Of a DNA stretch of 64,000 nucleotides, positions 38,492 through 48,883 are shown piece by piece. The stretch is from positions 4,896,001-4,960,000 of the forward strand of contig OZ244960.1 of the NCBI GenBank assembly GCA_965222605.1, in the 5' to 3' direction. The position numbers and the translations under genes are program-made. This stretch comes from Candidatus Latescibacterota bacterium. Lineage in GTDB: Bacteria; Latescibacterota; UBA2968. The notes beneath the pieces are model-generated. The model was not told the origin of the DNA. It saw only the letters and a list, made by a program, of their open reading frames with translations, and searched no databases. Every line of letters begins with the position of its first letter. Position 1 is the stretch's first letter.

Positions 38492-39721
38492 ATGTCCTGG
38501 ATACTGATAAAGCTCGCGTGGAAGAATATTTTGCGGCATAAACGCCGCTCCATAATTGCTGCGACAGCTATGGGAATCGGGCTTGCTGCACTTATCTTTG
38601 CCGATGCACTCTGGTTGGGGATGGAGCAAAACATGGTCAAAACGGCGACGGCATCATTTCTCGGAGATGGACAGATTCATCGAGAGGGGTTTTCCGACGA
38701 GCAAGCGATCGAGTTGACGATTAACCAACTCGATGCGGTTATTGCCAATCTTCGACGAGAAGATATCGTAGCGCACTTCACCTTGCGGACATTCGCCTTT
38801 GGCATGATAACCTCACCTGCAATTGTCGCGGCGGTCAATCTCGTGGGCGTCGAACCAGCCACCGAGCGGTATCTGTCTCAAATTGATGATGCGATCATTG
38901 AAGGCGCTTATTTTGAGGGATCAAATCCTCGGGACATCGTCATTGGCGAGGAACTTGTGGAACGTCTCGAGGTGGGGTTAAACGACAGGATTGTTGTGAC
39001 TGTAGCGCAAGCCGGGAGCGGCGATCTCTCGCAGGAGATGTTTCGCGTCTCTGGTATCTACCGTTTTGCCGATGAAGAGATGAACAGCGGCATGGCGTTC
39101 ATTCGGTTGGGAAAGGCGCAGCAGATGCTCGCACTCGGCGCGGATGTACACGAGATCGCGCTGAAGTTCATTGATTCGACATCAGCGGAGGATCAGAACC
39201 TGCCGTTTTGGAAAACCTATTCGCAAGGGGGAAACAAAGCGCGCAGTTGGACAGAGGTTTTGCCGGAGGTGCAAGCGATGTTCGAGATGTCGAAGTTCAG
39301 CAAGTACATTATGGGCGTTGTGTTGTTTGGCGTGGTTGTTTTTGGCATTGTCAATACGCTTTTTATGTCGCTTTACGAACGGATGTTTGAATTTGGCGTG
39401 TTGCGAGCAATTGGCACGCGGCCGTTTGGCATGGCGCGACTGATTCTGTTTGAGGCAGGGGCGTTGGCAATTTTGAGCATTATTTTAGGCACGATTTTTG
39501 CGTTCTGTGTCATTTTAATTTTTTCAACGATTGGCATTGACTATACGGGGATCGAGATGATGGGCATCACCATGCAGGAGTTGATCTATCCGGATATCCG
39601 TATCCAACCGTTCATTTTTTATTCCATCTGGATCTTTGTCTTCACACTCATCACGGGGCTGTACCCGGCGTGGTATGCAGCAAAGATGTCTGCGGCAACG
39701 GCGATGCGAAGAAGTTTCTGA
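38492..39721 (+). CDS. ABC transporter permease (FtsX/MacB/LolE type)
   Basis: AWKNILRHKRRS, NTLFMSLYERMFEFGVLRAIG. Confidence 0.9.
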   Translation: MSWILIKLAWKNILRHKRRSIIAATAMGIGLAALIFADALWLGMEQNMVKTATASFLGDGQIHREGFSDEQAIELTINQLDAVIANLRREDIVAHFTLRTFAFGMITSPAIVAAVNLVGVEPATERYLSQIDDAIIEGAYFEGSNPRDIVIGEELVERLEVGLNDRIVVTVAQAGSGDLSQEMFRVSGIYRFADEEMNSGMAFIRLGKAQQMLALGADVHEIALKFIDSTSAEDQNLPFWKTYSQGGNKARSWTEVLPEVQAMFEMSKFSKYIMGVVLFGVVVFGIVNTLFMSLYERMFEFGVLRAIGTRPFGMARLILFEAGALAILSIILGTIFAFCVILIFSTIGIDYTGIEMMGITMQELIYPDIRIQPFIFYSIWIFVFTLITGLYPAWYAAKMSAATAMRRSF

Positions 39722-39732
39722 AGGAGATATCC

Positions 39733-40425
39733 GTGGTGCCTGTAATTGTGACAGAAGGAGTGACTAGAGTTTATTCGGGGGATGGCGTGCCCGTTCACGC
39801 CTTGCGCGGGATTGATTTGACCATTGAGCGCGGCGAATTTGCGGCGTTGGTTGGGCCGTCCGGGTCTGGGAAAACGACTTTTCTCAATATTATCTCCGGG
39901 CTGGATACACCAACGGACGGGAAGGTCTGGCTCAATGGCAAACTTTTGTCGCGCATGGGCGGTAACGCACTTTCGGATTTTCGGCGGGACAATATCGGAT
40001 TTATTTTTCAAGCGTACAATTTGATTCCGGTGCTGACCGTTGAAGAGAATATCGAATACATCATGCTCCTGCAAAAAGTGCCCAAATCTGAGCGGCACAA
40101 GCGCGTGCTGGCGATACTGGAAGAGGTGGGTCTGGGCGGGATGGCGAGTCGCATGCCGCCGCAACTTTCGGGTGGGCAGCAGCAGCGGGTCGCGATTGCG
40201 CGGGCTATGGTGTCTCAGCCGGCGATTATTCTGGCGGATGAACCGACAGCGAATCTCGATTCAAAGATCGGCGCAGATTTGCTCGATATGATGTATCGGC
40301 TCAATACGCAGACCGGGATGACATTTATTTTTTCGACACACGACCCGATGGTGATGGCGCGCGCAAGGCGGCTGATTATGTTGAAGGATGGACAGATTGA
40401 GCGCGATGAGGTGAGGTCGCCATGA
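39733..40425 (+). CDS. ABC transporter ATP-binding protein (LolD-like)
   Basis: GPSGSGKT, LSGGQQQR, ADEPT; GTG start after AAGGAG. Confidence 0.93.
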   Translation: MVPVIVTEGVTRVYSGDGVPVHALRGIDLTIERGEFAALVGPSGSGKTTFLNIISGLDTPTDGKVWLNGKLLSRMGGNALSDFRRDNIGFIFQAYNLIPVLTVEENIEYIMLLQKVPKSERHKRVLAILEEVGLGGMASRMPPQLSGGQQQRVAIARAMVSQPAIILADEPTANLDSKIGADLLDMMYRLNTQTGMTFIFSTHDPMVMARARRLIMLKDGQIERDEVRSP

Positions 40426-41606
40426 GATGGCTCGTTGGGCCAATGATTGTGCTTTTGCCACATGTCGGCATGGCTGCACAACTGAGCGGGTTTTACAAGA
40501 GTTTCTCCGTTGCCTTTGATTCGCCGCAGGCGGGGGATTCCGTGACTGGTATGATGAGTAATCGGTTGCGGCTCAATCTCGCCGATTCATTCAGGGAGCA
40601 TATATCGTTTGATCTCGCCTACGACTTTATCCTGCGTGTTCAGGATCCATCGCTGTTTGAGAATCAGGCGGAGGTCGTTACTCTCGATTCGCTCGATTAT
40701 CGCGTTGCCGATCTTGACTCGCCTATTTATCCCGGCGACAATGATCCCATCGGTAGCGTTGGCGTGTTTCAAAACCTCGACCGCGCCAATGTGACAGCGC
40801 GTTTGTCATTTGCAGATGTGATTGTCGGACGTCAGGCGATTGCGTGGGGAAGTGCGCGGGTTATCAATCCGACAGATGTGATCGCGCCGTTTACCTATAG
40901 CGAATTGGACGCGGAAGACCGCACCGGTGTCGATGCCGTGCGTGTGCGCGTCCCGATTGGCGCACTGGGCGAATTCGATGCGGGATATGTGTTTGGCAGA
41001 GACTTTGCGGCTGATCGGAGCGCGTTTTTTGCCCGCAGTCAATTTAATATGGCGGAAACCGATGTGTCGCCGCTGCTCATCCGATTCCGCGAGCAGTTGC
41101 TCGTTGGCATTGACGTCGCGCGTGGCATTGGGAGTATTGGTGCGTGGATAGAGGGTGCTCGCGTTTTCACGATGGAGCGTGCCGCGATTAGCGACTATTT
41201 TCGCGTATCTACGGGCATGGATTATAGCTTTGGTGGTGAGACTTATGGATTTATCGAATACCACTTCAACGGAGCGGGGGTGCGCGACCCTGAAGATTAT
41301 CTTGCCAACTTAAATCGCCCGACATATCGCGATGCTGCCGTCTATCTCATGGGCACCCACTACTTCGCGCTCGGCACCACCCATCAACTCTCGCCGCTGG
41401 TCGCGTTGAGCGGACAGTTTCTTGCGAATGTCACTGACCCGTCGTTCTTTTTTTTCTCTACTATCGAATATAATATCGCGCAGGATATCTATCTGTCTGC
41501 GGGCGCGTTTATCGGCGTTGGTGATCGCCCGAAAGGAGAGCATTTTCAATCCGAGTTCGGCGGGTATTCCAATATCCTGTTTTTTGCGTTCCGAATTTAC
41601 TACTGA
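40422..41606 (+). CDS. Putative outer-membrane beta-barrel protein
   Basis: Signal peptide, GRQAIAWG motif, aromatic C-terminus FRIYY. Confidence 0.65.
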   Translation: MRWLVGPMIVLLPHVGMAAQLSGFYKSFSVAFDSPQAGDSVTGMMSNRLRLNLADSFREHISFDLAYDFILRVQDPSLFENQAEVVTLDSLDYRVADLDSPIYPGDNDPIGSVGVFQNLDRANVTARLSFADVIVGRQAIAWGSARVINPTDVIAPFTYSELDAEDRTGVDAVRVRVPIGALGEFDAGYVFGRDFAADRSAFFARSQFNMAETDVSPLLIRFREQLLVGIDVARGIGSIGAWIEGARVFTMERAAISDYFRVSTGMDYSFGGETYGFIEYHFNGAGVRDPEDYLANLNRPTYRDAAVYLMGTHYFALGTTHQLSPLVALSGQFLANVTDPSFFFFSTIEYNIAQDIYLSAGAFIGVGDRPKGEHFQSEFGGYSNILFFAFRIYY

Positions 41607-41716
41607 TTGGCGCGATCCAGACTTGTATCATTTTTCTTGACTTCACCTTCACAACGCGTTTTCATATCAGCGCAGCCGAGATAATCGACAACAGTTTTTT
41701 ATCAGGAGGTAACACA

Positions 41717-42580
41717 ATGCATGTGGGTATGCGAATCCCGCCGATGGGTCGGGAAATGGGTTTGGAAGGCATTATTCAGTGGGCAGCAGAAAATGGTCTG
41801 GGGTCAATTGATTTACCCGAAGTAGATGCTGAAATTCGCAAGATGTGTGACGGTGCTGGGATTGGGATCGGCACTGTGGATTGGGGGGCAGGAGGTGGGT
41901 TGTTGAGCAAAGATGATGGTGCGCGCGAAGAAGCTGTGGCCGCGATGAAAGCGCGCATTCAAGCAGTTGGCGAATACGGTTCAGAGGTGATTTTTTTATG
42001 TCTGGCTCCCGACGATCGATTGCAGGCGCGGGCTGAAACATTTGAGGTGTTCAAGCAGGTCTATCCAGGGATTGTGAAAGAGGCAGAAGTGCATGAGGTT
42101 TTTCTCGCCATTGAACCCTGGCCTGGCCCGGCACCTGCATACCCGAATTTGGGTTGTACGCCCGAAACCTTGCGGGCGGTTTTTGAGGTTGTTCCGTCAC
42201 CCAATTTGGGTATGTGTTACGATCCATCGCATTTTGCGCGCATCGGCGTCGATTACAAGCGGGTGTTGATGGAGTTTGGCAGCCGAGTGCGGCATGTGCA
42301 TGCAAAGGATACCGAGTTGCTGGCGGATGGACTGTACGAGTTTGGCTGTTTGGGCCAATCGTTTGGTCAGCGCTACGGTTATGGCGAGGGGTGGTGGCGT
42401 TACTGCATTCCCGGATGGGGTGTGGTGGATTGGAAATGGGTGATTGCGCGCCTGGAAGAATTAGGCTATGATGGGCCGCTGGCCATTGAACTGGAAGACC
42501 ACCGCTACAGCGGCAGTGCCGAAAAGAATGCAGCGGGTATTTTGGCCGCGAAAAGCTATCTCGAAGATATTTTGGGATAA
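41717..42580 (+). CDS. Sugar phosphate isomerase/epimerase
   Basis: AIEPW, YDPSH, HVHAKD, PGWGVVDW, IELED. Confidence 0.88.
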   Translation: MHVGMRIPPMGREMGLEGIIQWAAENGLGSIDLPEVDAEIRKMCDGAGIGIGTVDWGAGGGLLSKDDGAREEAVAAMKARIQAVGEYGSEVIFLCLAPDDRLQARAETFEVFKQVYPGIVKEAEVHEVFLAIEPWPGPAPAYPNLGCTPETLRAVFEVVPSPNLGMCYDPSHFARIGVDYKRVLMEFGSRVRHVHAKDTELLADGLYEFGCLGQSFGQRYGYGEGWWRYCIPGWGVVDWKWVIARLEELGYDGPLAIELEDHRYSGSAEKNAAGILAAKSYLEDILG

Positions 42581-42621
42581 ATCGCTCGGTACCGTGGCGT
42601 TATCCCGATATCGAGCAAGGC

Positions 42622-42657
42622 AAAGCCCCCACAATTGATTTGTTGTGGGGGCTTTTT
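42622..42657. terminator. Rho-independent terminator
   Basis: AAAGCCCCCACAA...TTGTGGGGGCTTTTT. Confidence 0.8.
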
Positions 42658-42767
42658 GTTTTTTGTTGCTCTAAAGATCTCTGGATTTTGGGATGAGGGA
42701 TTTAATCTGTGCTATCCTTTAATCCGCCTCATCCGCGTTTCAGAGCGTTTTCCACCATAGGCGATTT

Positions 42768-43643
42768 TTACCAACTGCGATATTGGTCGATATTCTCTTT
42801 GGCATCGGGCCACCATGTGGGTTGGGCAGGCTGGTCTTGTGGGTTCCATGCGCCGATGAGTTGTGGACCTGTGGCTGTGATCACGAAATACCAGTAATTG
42901 CTATAGATACAGCCCGATGGACAATCTCCCCAAGCATATCGAAATAAGTACGTCAAACCGCTCGGTGTGGACCGCGGATAAATATTTGGCGAATCACCAA
43001 CGTAACCATCGGGTTCGGCATATTGCACACCGGGCAGGTCGGCATAGAGGGTTGCCAAACGCCGGGGATGGCGTATGCCTTCAAAGGAGAGCGCCACGAA
43101 CGAGAAATGTATTTTTTTATCCAACAACTGGTATTTCAGATTCAAGGCATCCCAGGCGCGATAACTGCCTTCTCTTATCATTAGGTTAGTAGTCGTATCA
43201 ACGCGAATAATAATGCGACCTGGTACCCAGGGCGGACGGTATAAAAGCGAGTTGATTGCAGCATCTATGTTCCCGTATTGTGCTCGGATCTGCGCGAGAT
43301 GCGCTTCTATCTCGCGTGCGAGGGCTTGCGGGGGTTGGATCTCGCCTGAAAGGGATAGGGCCATCAATCGCGCCTCCTCCGAGGCTGGTGGTTGAATCGT
43401 TTTCCCAAAGTTTGCGACGAAAAGCGAAAAATCTTCAAAATCGACGATGCCGTTGTTGCTGAGGTCGAAAATATCGAGATCAGCAGATACCTCGGAACCA
43501 AACGCACCTGCAAAAAGGATGAAGTCAGCGAAATCGACAGTTCCGTTATCATTAAAGTCCGGACTCTTTGTTTGTGCATCTGTCAGACTTGGAATTATTA
43601 CAAGCGACAGATAGCTCGCAATGAGAACGACGTGCTTTGCCAT
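42768..43643 (-). CDS. Secreted protein with paired EF-hand/dockerin-like loops and an uncharacterised C-terminal domain
   Basis: Signal peptide; DFNDNGTVDFADF and DLSNNGIVDFEDF; WGDCPSGC. Confidence 0.7.
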   Translation of the reverse strand: MAKHVVLIASYLSLVIIPSLTDAQTKSPDFNDNGTVDFADFILFAGAFGSEVSADLDIFDLSNNGIVDFEDFSLFVANFGKTIQPPASEEARLMALSLSGEIQPPQALAREIEAHLAQIRAQYGNIDAAINSLLYRPPWVPGRIIIRVDTTTNLMIREGSYRAWDALNLKYQLLDKKIHFSFVALSFEGIRHPRRLATLYADLPGVQYAEPDGYVGDSPNIYPRSTPSGLTYLFRYAWGDCPSGCIYSNYWYFVITATGPQLIGAWNPQDQPAQPTWWPDAKENIDQYRSW

Positions 43644-43675
43644 ATTTCAACCTCCTAGCTGTCAGTGGTTAGTGG

Positions 43676-44611
43676 TCAACTCCCGCGCAACTCACCAGTC
43701 CTTGTCTCCAGCCTCTCTAAATTTAGCCCGATAAGGGCGCGTTTCATTGTTGCGCCCATTTCAGCGGGGCTTTCGCACACGTGAATGCCCGCATCCTGAA
43801 GTGCGGCCATTTTGTCGGCCGCGGTGCCCTGTCCGCCAGAGATAATTGCGCCCGCATGCCCCATGCGTCGGCCCGGGGGCGCTGTTTGGCCCGCGATAAA
43901 ACTGACCACGGGTTTGTCAAAGTGCACTTTGACATAAGCGGCGGCTTCTTCTTCAGCGGTGCCGCCTATTTCTCCGATCATGATGACGGCGTCTGTATCG
44001 GGATCGTCCTTGAAGAGCGCGAGGCAATCTGTAAAGGTTGTGCCGATGATGGGATCGCCACCAATGCCCACACAAGACGATTGGCCAAAACCACTATCGG
44101 TGAGTTGTGAGACTGCTTCATAGGTGAGTGTACCGCTGCGCGAAATGACGCCAATGCGACCTTCGCGGTGAATAGCGCCTGGCATAATGCCGATTTTGCA
44201 CTTGCCCGGAGAAATCAGGCCCGGACAATTGGGGCCGATCAAGCGCGTGTTTTTATCTCCCAGATAGTGTTTGGCTTTTAGCATGTCGAGGACGGGGATA
44301 TTCTCGGAGATGCAAACGATCAGGGGCAGATCCGCATCGGCTGCTTCCATGATGGTGTCGGCTGCAAAGGGCGCGGGAACAAAATTGGCCGATGCCGTGG
44401 CTCCTGTTTGTTCCACGGCATCGGATACGGTGTCAAAAACCGGTATGCCATCAACGCTCTCGCCACCTTTGCCCGCGTTGACCACGCCGACGACTTGAGT
44501 GCCGTATTCGACCATTTGCTGCAGATGAAATCGCGCTTCGCCACCCATTGCTCTGCTGCTGGAAAAGCTCTGGACGATTACGCGGGTGTTGTTGTCAATG
44601 AGGATGCTCAT
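43676..44611 (-). CDS. sucD: Succinyl-CoA ligase alpha subunit
   Basis: [30 protein letters not shown]. Confidence 0.95.
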   Translation of the reverse strand: MSILIDNNTRVIVQSFSSSRAMGGEARFHLQQMVEYGTQVVGVVNAGKGGESVDGIPVFDTVSDAVEQTGATASANFVPAPFAADTIMEAADADLPLIVCISENIPVLDMLKAKHYLGDKNTRLIGPNCPGLISPGKCKIGIMPGAIHREGRIGVISRSGTLTYEAVSQLTDSGFGQSSCVGIGGDPIIGTTFTDCLALFKDDPDTDAVIMIGEIGGTAEEEAAAYVKVHFDKPVVSFIAGQTAPPGRRMGHAGAIISGGQGTAADKMAALQDAGIHVCESPAEMGATMKRALIGLNLERLETRTGELRGS

Positions 44612-44902
44612 GAAACTTGTTCCTTGTGATTGAAATACAAATCAACGAAATATATTGGGATTTAGTGCCTTCTTTTTGAATGCGTGAAAAAAAAGAAAGT
44701 TGCATGTCTTTTATGAATCTGTATTTAAGGCATTAAACAACTGGCAGGGCTACTTGTTCCCATCAACGAATCAACGGAGTGGTGTACAATTGGCCGCCTC
44801 ACAGGCCAGTTCATCAACGACGGAACTCGTAGTGATTTTGGGTGGAGGGCGGGGTTCGTCTATGAACGGGGCTGGGAATCGCCCCGTTGTACACCGCTCC
44901 GT

Positions 44903-45589
44903 CTATTCGCGCTTCTTTGTTCGTTCTTCGATTGTGCCATCTGTTTTGCCGATGATGATGTGATCTGTCAGTCCAATAAAAAGGCCACATTCGACGACGC
45001 CGCACAAGGCGTTAATTTTTTTTTCGAGTGTGGGTGGGTCGTCAATGCGACCAAAGTCGCAATCGATGATGTAATTGCCGTTGTCTGTGACAAAAGGCGT
45101 ATTGTCCTGTGTGTTGCGAAGTGTGGGGTGACAGCCCAGGTCTGCGAGCTGGCGTTGTATGGCTTGCCAGCCAAATGGGATGACCTCAACGGGCAGGGGA
45201 AAAGCCCCCAGGTGCGCCACCGGTTTGGATTCGTCGGCGACGATGATTTCCCTGTCGGATAGTGACGCGACGATTTTTTCTCGCAAAAGCGCGCCACCAC
45301 CGCCTTTTATGAGGTTAAAGTACGGGTCAAATTCATCTGCGCCGTCAATGGTTAAGTCTATGCGGGTGACTTTGCCGAAGTCGATGAGGGGAATATTTTC
45401 CGATTCCGCCTGAATGCGCGATTGCTCTGAGGTGGGTATGCCACATATATCGAGTCCTTCAGTGATGCGCTGGCCGAGTTTTTGGATGGCAAAAAAAGCC
45501 GTTGATCCCGTGCCCAGACCGACGACCATGCCATCTTCGACATATGCCGCAGCCCGTTCTCCTGCCAATTTTTTAGGGTGAATTGTCAT
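44903..45589 (-). CDS. rpiA: Ribose-5-phosphate isomerase A
   Basis: GLGTGST, DGADE, IKGGGGALLREK, TDNGN. Confidence 0.95.
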   Translation of the reverse strand: MTIHPKKLAGERAAAYVEDGMVVGLGTGSTAFFAIQKLGQRITEGLDICGIPTSEQSRIQAESENIPLIDFGKVTRIDLTIDGADEFDPYFNLIKGGGGALLREKIVASLSDREIIVADESKPVAHLGAFPLPVEVIPFGWQAIQRQLADLGCHPTLRNTQDNTPFVTDNGNYIIDCDFGRIDDPPTLEKKINALCGVVECGLFIGLTDHIIIGKTDGTIEERTKKRE

Positions 45590-45720
45590 GGCTCTCCCAT
45601 TTCGAATGATGAAAACAAGCGAAAAGATAAATGTAAGATAATGATTTGGCAACGATTTTGAACCATACAGGCACGGTATTTTTTTATTTATTTTTTTTAA
45701 AAATTGTCATACTCTATTAA

Positions 45721-47427
45721 CCCGACTAATTCATGAACTGTAATGGTTGGGGTTGTTTGTCAGGCGGCATCGGTTCCAAGCATCAAAATGAGGGTGCTTT
45801 CTATCTTGTCTGCCGTCATAGGCGTCTTCATAGAGTTCAAGCAGCCCAAATCGTCCCCTGACAGGCTCTGCCAGTGTCAAAAGTACAGACCGGTCCCTTG
45901 CCAGTCCTGTCTGTGGATAAGTCCGTGTATTTGTAAAGTCAGCAAGTGATGGGACAGACCCCTATTCCTTCCCCGTTGATGGGTTATGGCACCGCCTTTG
46001 CCAGATTGCACAGGATTTTATCAAAAAGGTGTGGCAATGGAAATGACATAGGCAGATGGAAGGTGATCTTTGTTTTCAACTCACAGACGCGTCCGGCGAC
46101 TTTAAGGAAACGATTTTGGAGGGTATTGACCTGTGCGTTTATCCACGTTGTGCCTTGTAATCCGATGTGCGCTAAGGTGTGCAACAAGACATAGGCAGCC
46201 GAATGGAGGAAGAGGCGGAACTGATTGGCTCCAAAAGCGTGACAGGACGTGCGGTCTGAGTGGAGAAAGGTTTTGTGATTTTTAATGAAGTTTTCCATCT
46301 GTCCGCGCGCACAATAGATATTTTGGTAGATAAAGGAGGCCCTTGAACTTTCAAGGTTGGTCACGACAAAGCGTGTGTTTTGGCCTCGGGTGGTGATTTC
46401 AGCTTTGCATAAGATGCGTCTGGCACAGGCCCAAGTCTGGGCTTGGTAATAAAATGAGGTAAAAAGTCGCACGGGCTTGCCGGTTTGTGCATAAAGGCTT
46501 TTGGTCTGATCCATCAGGGGCTTTGAAAGGGCTAAGAGTCGGGTATTGGCACTTTGTCCGAGGATAAAAAAGAGGTCCTTTGTCGCACAAAAGTCCTGGA
46601 CTTCTGGACTTGAGAAGTGGGCATCGCCTCGCAAAAAGAGTGCCACCTTTGGCCAAGCCTGACGAATATAAGCGACTAACCGCTTGAGAATGGTGACAAT
46701 CTGTTTGCCATCAGGACGCACACCCGGACGTAAAATCGTCGTGATTAGCTTGCCCGATTGCCCTTCATAAATATGCAAAGGCTGGTAGGAGTAGGCACCC
46801 AAATACCCATTGAATAAGGACAACTGCTGCGTCCCATAAACCCTATCCTGCGTATCATCAATATCTAAGATGATCGACGAAGGCGGCTTTTTATACGAAG
46901 CAATAAAACAATCGACAAAGGCACGAGCAACGCGATACAAATCGCTTCTGCTCATCTGATTCTCAAACCGACTCATCGTGGGTTGACTGGCCAAGTTCTC
47001 ACCACTTATGGGCAAGCGATCACAGGCAACCTTGAAGCCGGGATCGCTGCGTAAGGCATTGCAATCATTGGCATCTTCATACCCACAGGCAATTTGAAAC
47101 ACGCGCTGTTTGATCAACTCTGCCGTGCTATGCGCCACATAACTTTGATGCCGATGGTCTTTAATCGCGCGACTCAAACGTGATAAAATACCCGTTTTGG
47201 CCTCCACTTCTCGAAGCAATAAGGCTCCGCTATCGCTGGTGAGAATACCCCCATCAAAGGCGAGGTTGAGACGTTTGCCGAAAATGCTTGCCAAAGGAAC
47301 CTTGCAATGATTATCTTGTGTGCTCACGGTAGTTTCTCCCAAGTTCATTGTTCAATGGTTATGCGTATAACCTAATATAATACAATAACTTGAATAGGGA
47401 AACTACCTTTTTTATGAATTTTTCGGG
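45721..47427 (-). mobile_element. IS1380-family insertion sequence (1707 bp)
   Basis: Terminal IRs CCCGACTAATTCATGAA / CCCGAAAAATTCATAAA (14/17 match); flanks TTAA / CTAA. Confidence 0.85.
45984..47348 (-). CDS. IS1380-family DDE transposase
   Basis: FDGG.LTSDSG, GYED.ND, SQPTMSRFEN, LDID, RGD, Y.ARGQMEN.IK. Confidence 0.93.
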   Translation of the reverse strand: MNLGETTVSTQDNHCKVPLASIFGKRLNLAFDGGILTSDSGALLLREVEAKTGILSRLSRAIKDHRHQSYVAHSTAELIKQRVFQIACGYEDANDCNALRSDPGFKVACDRLPISGENLASQPTMSRFENQMSRSDLYRVARAFVDCFIASYKKPPSSIILDIDDTQDRVYGTQQLSLFNGYLGAYSYQPLHIYEGQSGKLITTILRPGVRPDGKQIVTILKRLVAYIRQAWPKVALFLRGDAHFSSPEVQDFCATKDLFFILGQSANTRLLALSKPLMDQTKSLYAQTGKPVRLFTSFYYQAQTWACARRILCKAEITTRGQNTRFVVTNLESSRASFIYQNIYCARGQMENFIKNHKTFLHSDRTSCHAFGANQFRLFLHSAAYVLLHTLAHIGLQGTTWINAQVNTLQNRFLKVAGRVCELKTKITFHLPMSFPLPHLFDKILCNLAKAVP

Positions 47428-47468
47428 CTAAATAGATAGGGCAAATATGATTAAATTCGGAGAAAAAT

Positions 47469-48305
47469 ATGGCTTATCGCACACTGGAAGATTTTTTTGG
47501 TGATATTGTGGGGAAAGCGCGTCGGGGACAGGGGATTTCGGAATCGGAGTTGGCGCGGCAGGTGGGGCTGAGTGTCCGACAAATTGGACAAATAGAATCG
47601 TACGAGTTGACACCCGATGATCAGGCCATTTATCGACTTGCAGACGCGCTGCATCTCGATGGCGAAAAACTGGTGGAAGTAGCGCATGGATGGGTGCCAC
47701 TACAGGGCAATGCGGTGTTTGAAGACGAGGCCATGCGGGTTGACCGATTGATTCTCGATGCGGGCATGACGGTGAATTGTTATGTGCTTATATGCAAGGC
47801 ATCGGGCGAAGGAGCTGTGATTGATCCCGGCGGGCAGGCGCAGTTGATTTTGGATGCGATTGCCGATATACAGGTCACGCACATTTTGCTCACACATGGA
47901 CACGGCGATCACGTTGGGGCACTCGAAGTAGTTGCCGATGCGACACAGGCGCAGGTATGCGGTTGCGAGCGCGATTTTGCGTTGATGGGCGGGCGCAGCC
48001 AGCGGGTGACTGAACGCGTGGATGAGGGGTGGCAAACAGCGATTGGTGAACTCGGTATTGATACAGTGAGTTTGCCAGGACACACGGGGGGTGGCATTGG
48101 GTATTATACTGCACCCGTGTTTTTTTCGGGCGATGCGCTATTTGCGGGTTCTTTGGGAGGGGCAAGGGGAGATGCCTACCGCGGGCAAATTCAGGCCGTG
48201 CGTACGAAGGTGCTTTCTCTGCCAGAGGAGACGACCATTTTTCCCGGTCATGGTCCGATTACGTCTGTAGCACAGGAGTTGGCGCATAATCCCTATTTTG
48301 TTTGA
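47469..48305 (+). CDS. XRE-HTH / metallo-beta-lactamase-fold hydrolase fusion
   Basis: N-terminal KARRGQGISESELA HTH; THGHGDH, PGHT, GD, PGHG. Confidence 0.85.
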   Translation: MAYRTLEDFFGDIVGKARRGQGISESELARQVGLSVRQIGQIESYELTPDDQAIYRLADALHLDGEKLVEVAHGWVPLQGNAVFEDEAMRVDRLILDAGMTVNCYVLICKASGEGAVIDPGGQAQLILDAIADIQVTHILLTHGHGDHVGALEVVADATQAQVCGCERDFALMGGRSQRVTERVDEGWQTAIGELGIDTVSLPGHTGGGIGYYTAPVFFSGDALFAGSLGGARGDAYRGQIQAVRTKVLSLPEETTIFPGHGPITSVAQELAHNPYFV

Positions 48306-48335
48306 GATGGGTCCCTGTGCTGAGATCCAGGGTTT

Positions 48336-48533
48336 TTATTTTTTATTGGATGCCTGGGTTTCAACCCATTGTCCAATGGCCTGTCGTATGGATTCGACTG
48401 CGGCTTTTTTGCGCTCAAGACGATCAATATGCGTACGTAGTTGATCGATTTGTGCGTTGAGGTCTTGGAGTTCTCCATTTGCTGCTTCAAGTGCTTGTTG
48501 ATACAGAGGTTCGCTATGGGTCGGTTCTGCCAT
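48336..48533 (-). CDS. Small coiled-coil hypothetical protein
   Basis: AAGGAG RBS; heptad pattern. Confidence 0.6.
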   Translation of the reverse strand: MAEPTHSEPLYQQALEAANGELQDLNAQIDQLRTHIDRLERKKAAVESIRQAIGQWVETQASNKK

Positions 48534-48883
48534 GAATTAGGCTCCTTGTAGTAAAAAATGAAATATGCGATCCATCTAAACATAACCTGTGCGGCCTTGC
48601 GCCGTCAAGCGCGAAAAAGTCCGCTCGCAGTTGATTCGACAAAGTGGTGTATATATTTTTTCAAGCCTGTTACAATTTATTACAATTTTCATGGGAACGA
48701 AGTGGCCCAGCCGGTTGTTTAATGCTATAAGTTACAGATTCTTAGAGATATGCAACTTTCTTTTTATTCACGCATTAAAAAAGAAGATAGTAAATTCCAA
48801 TGCATAGCAAGAGTTAGGTGTATGTCAACACTTGTCTCACAAGGATATTTCTCACTGTTGATTTCGTTGCAAAGGAGCTAAAC

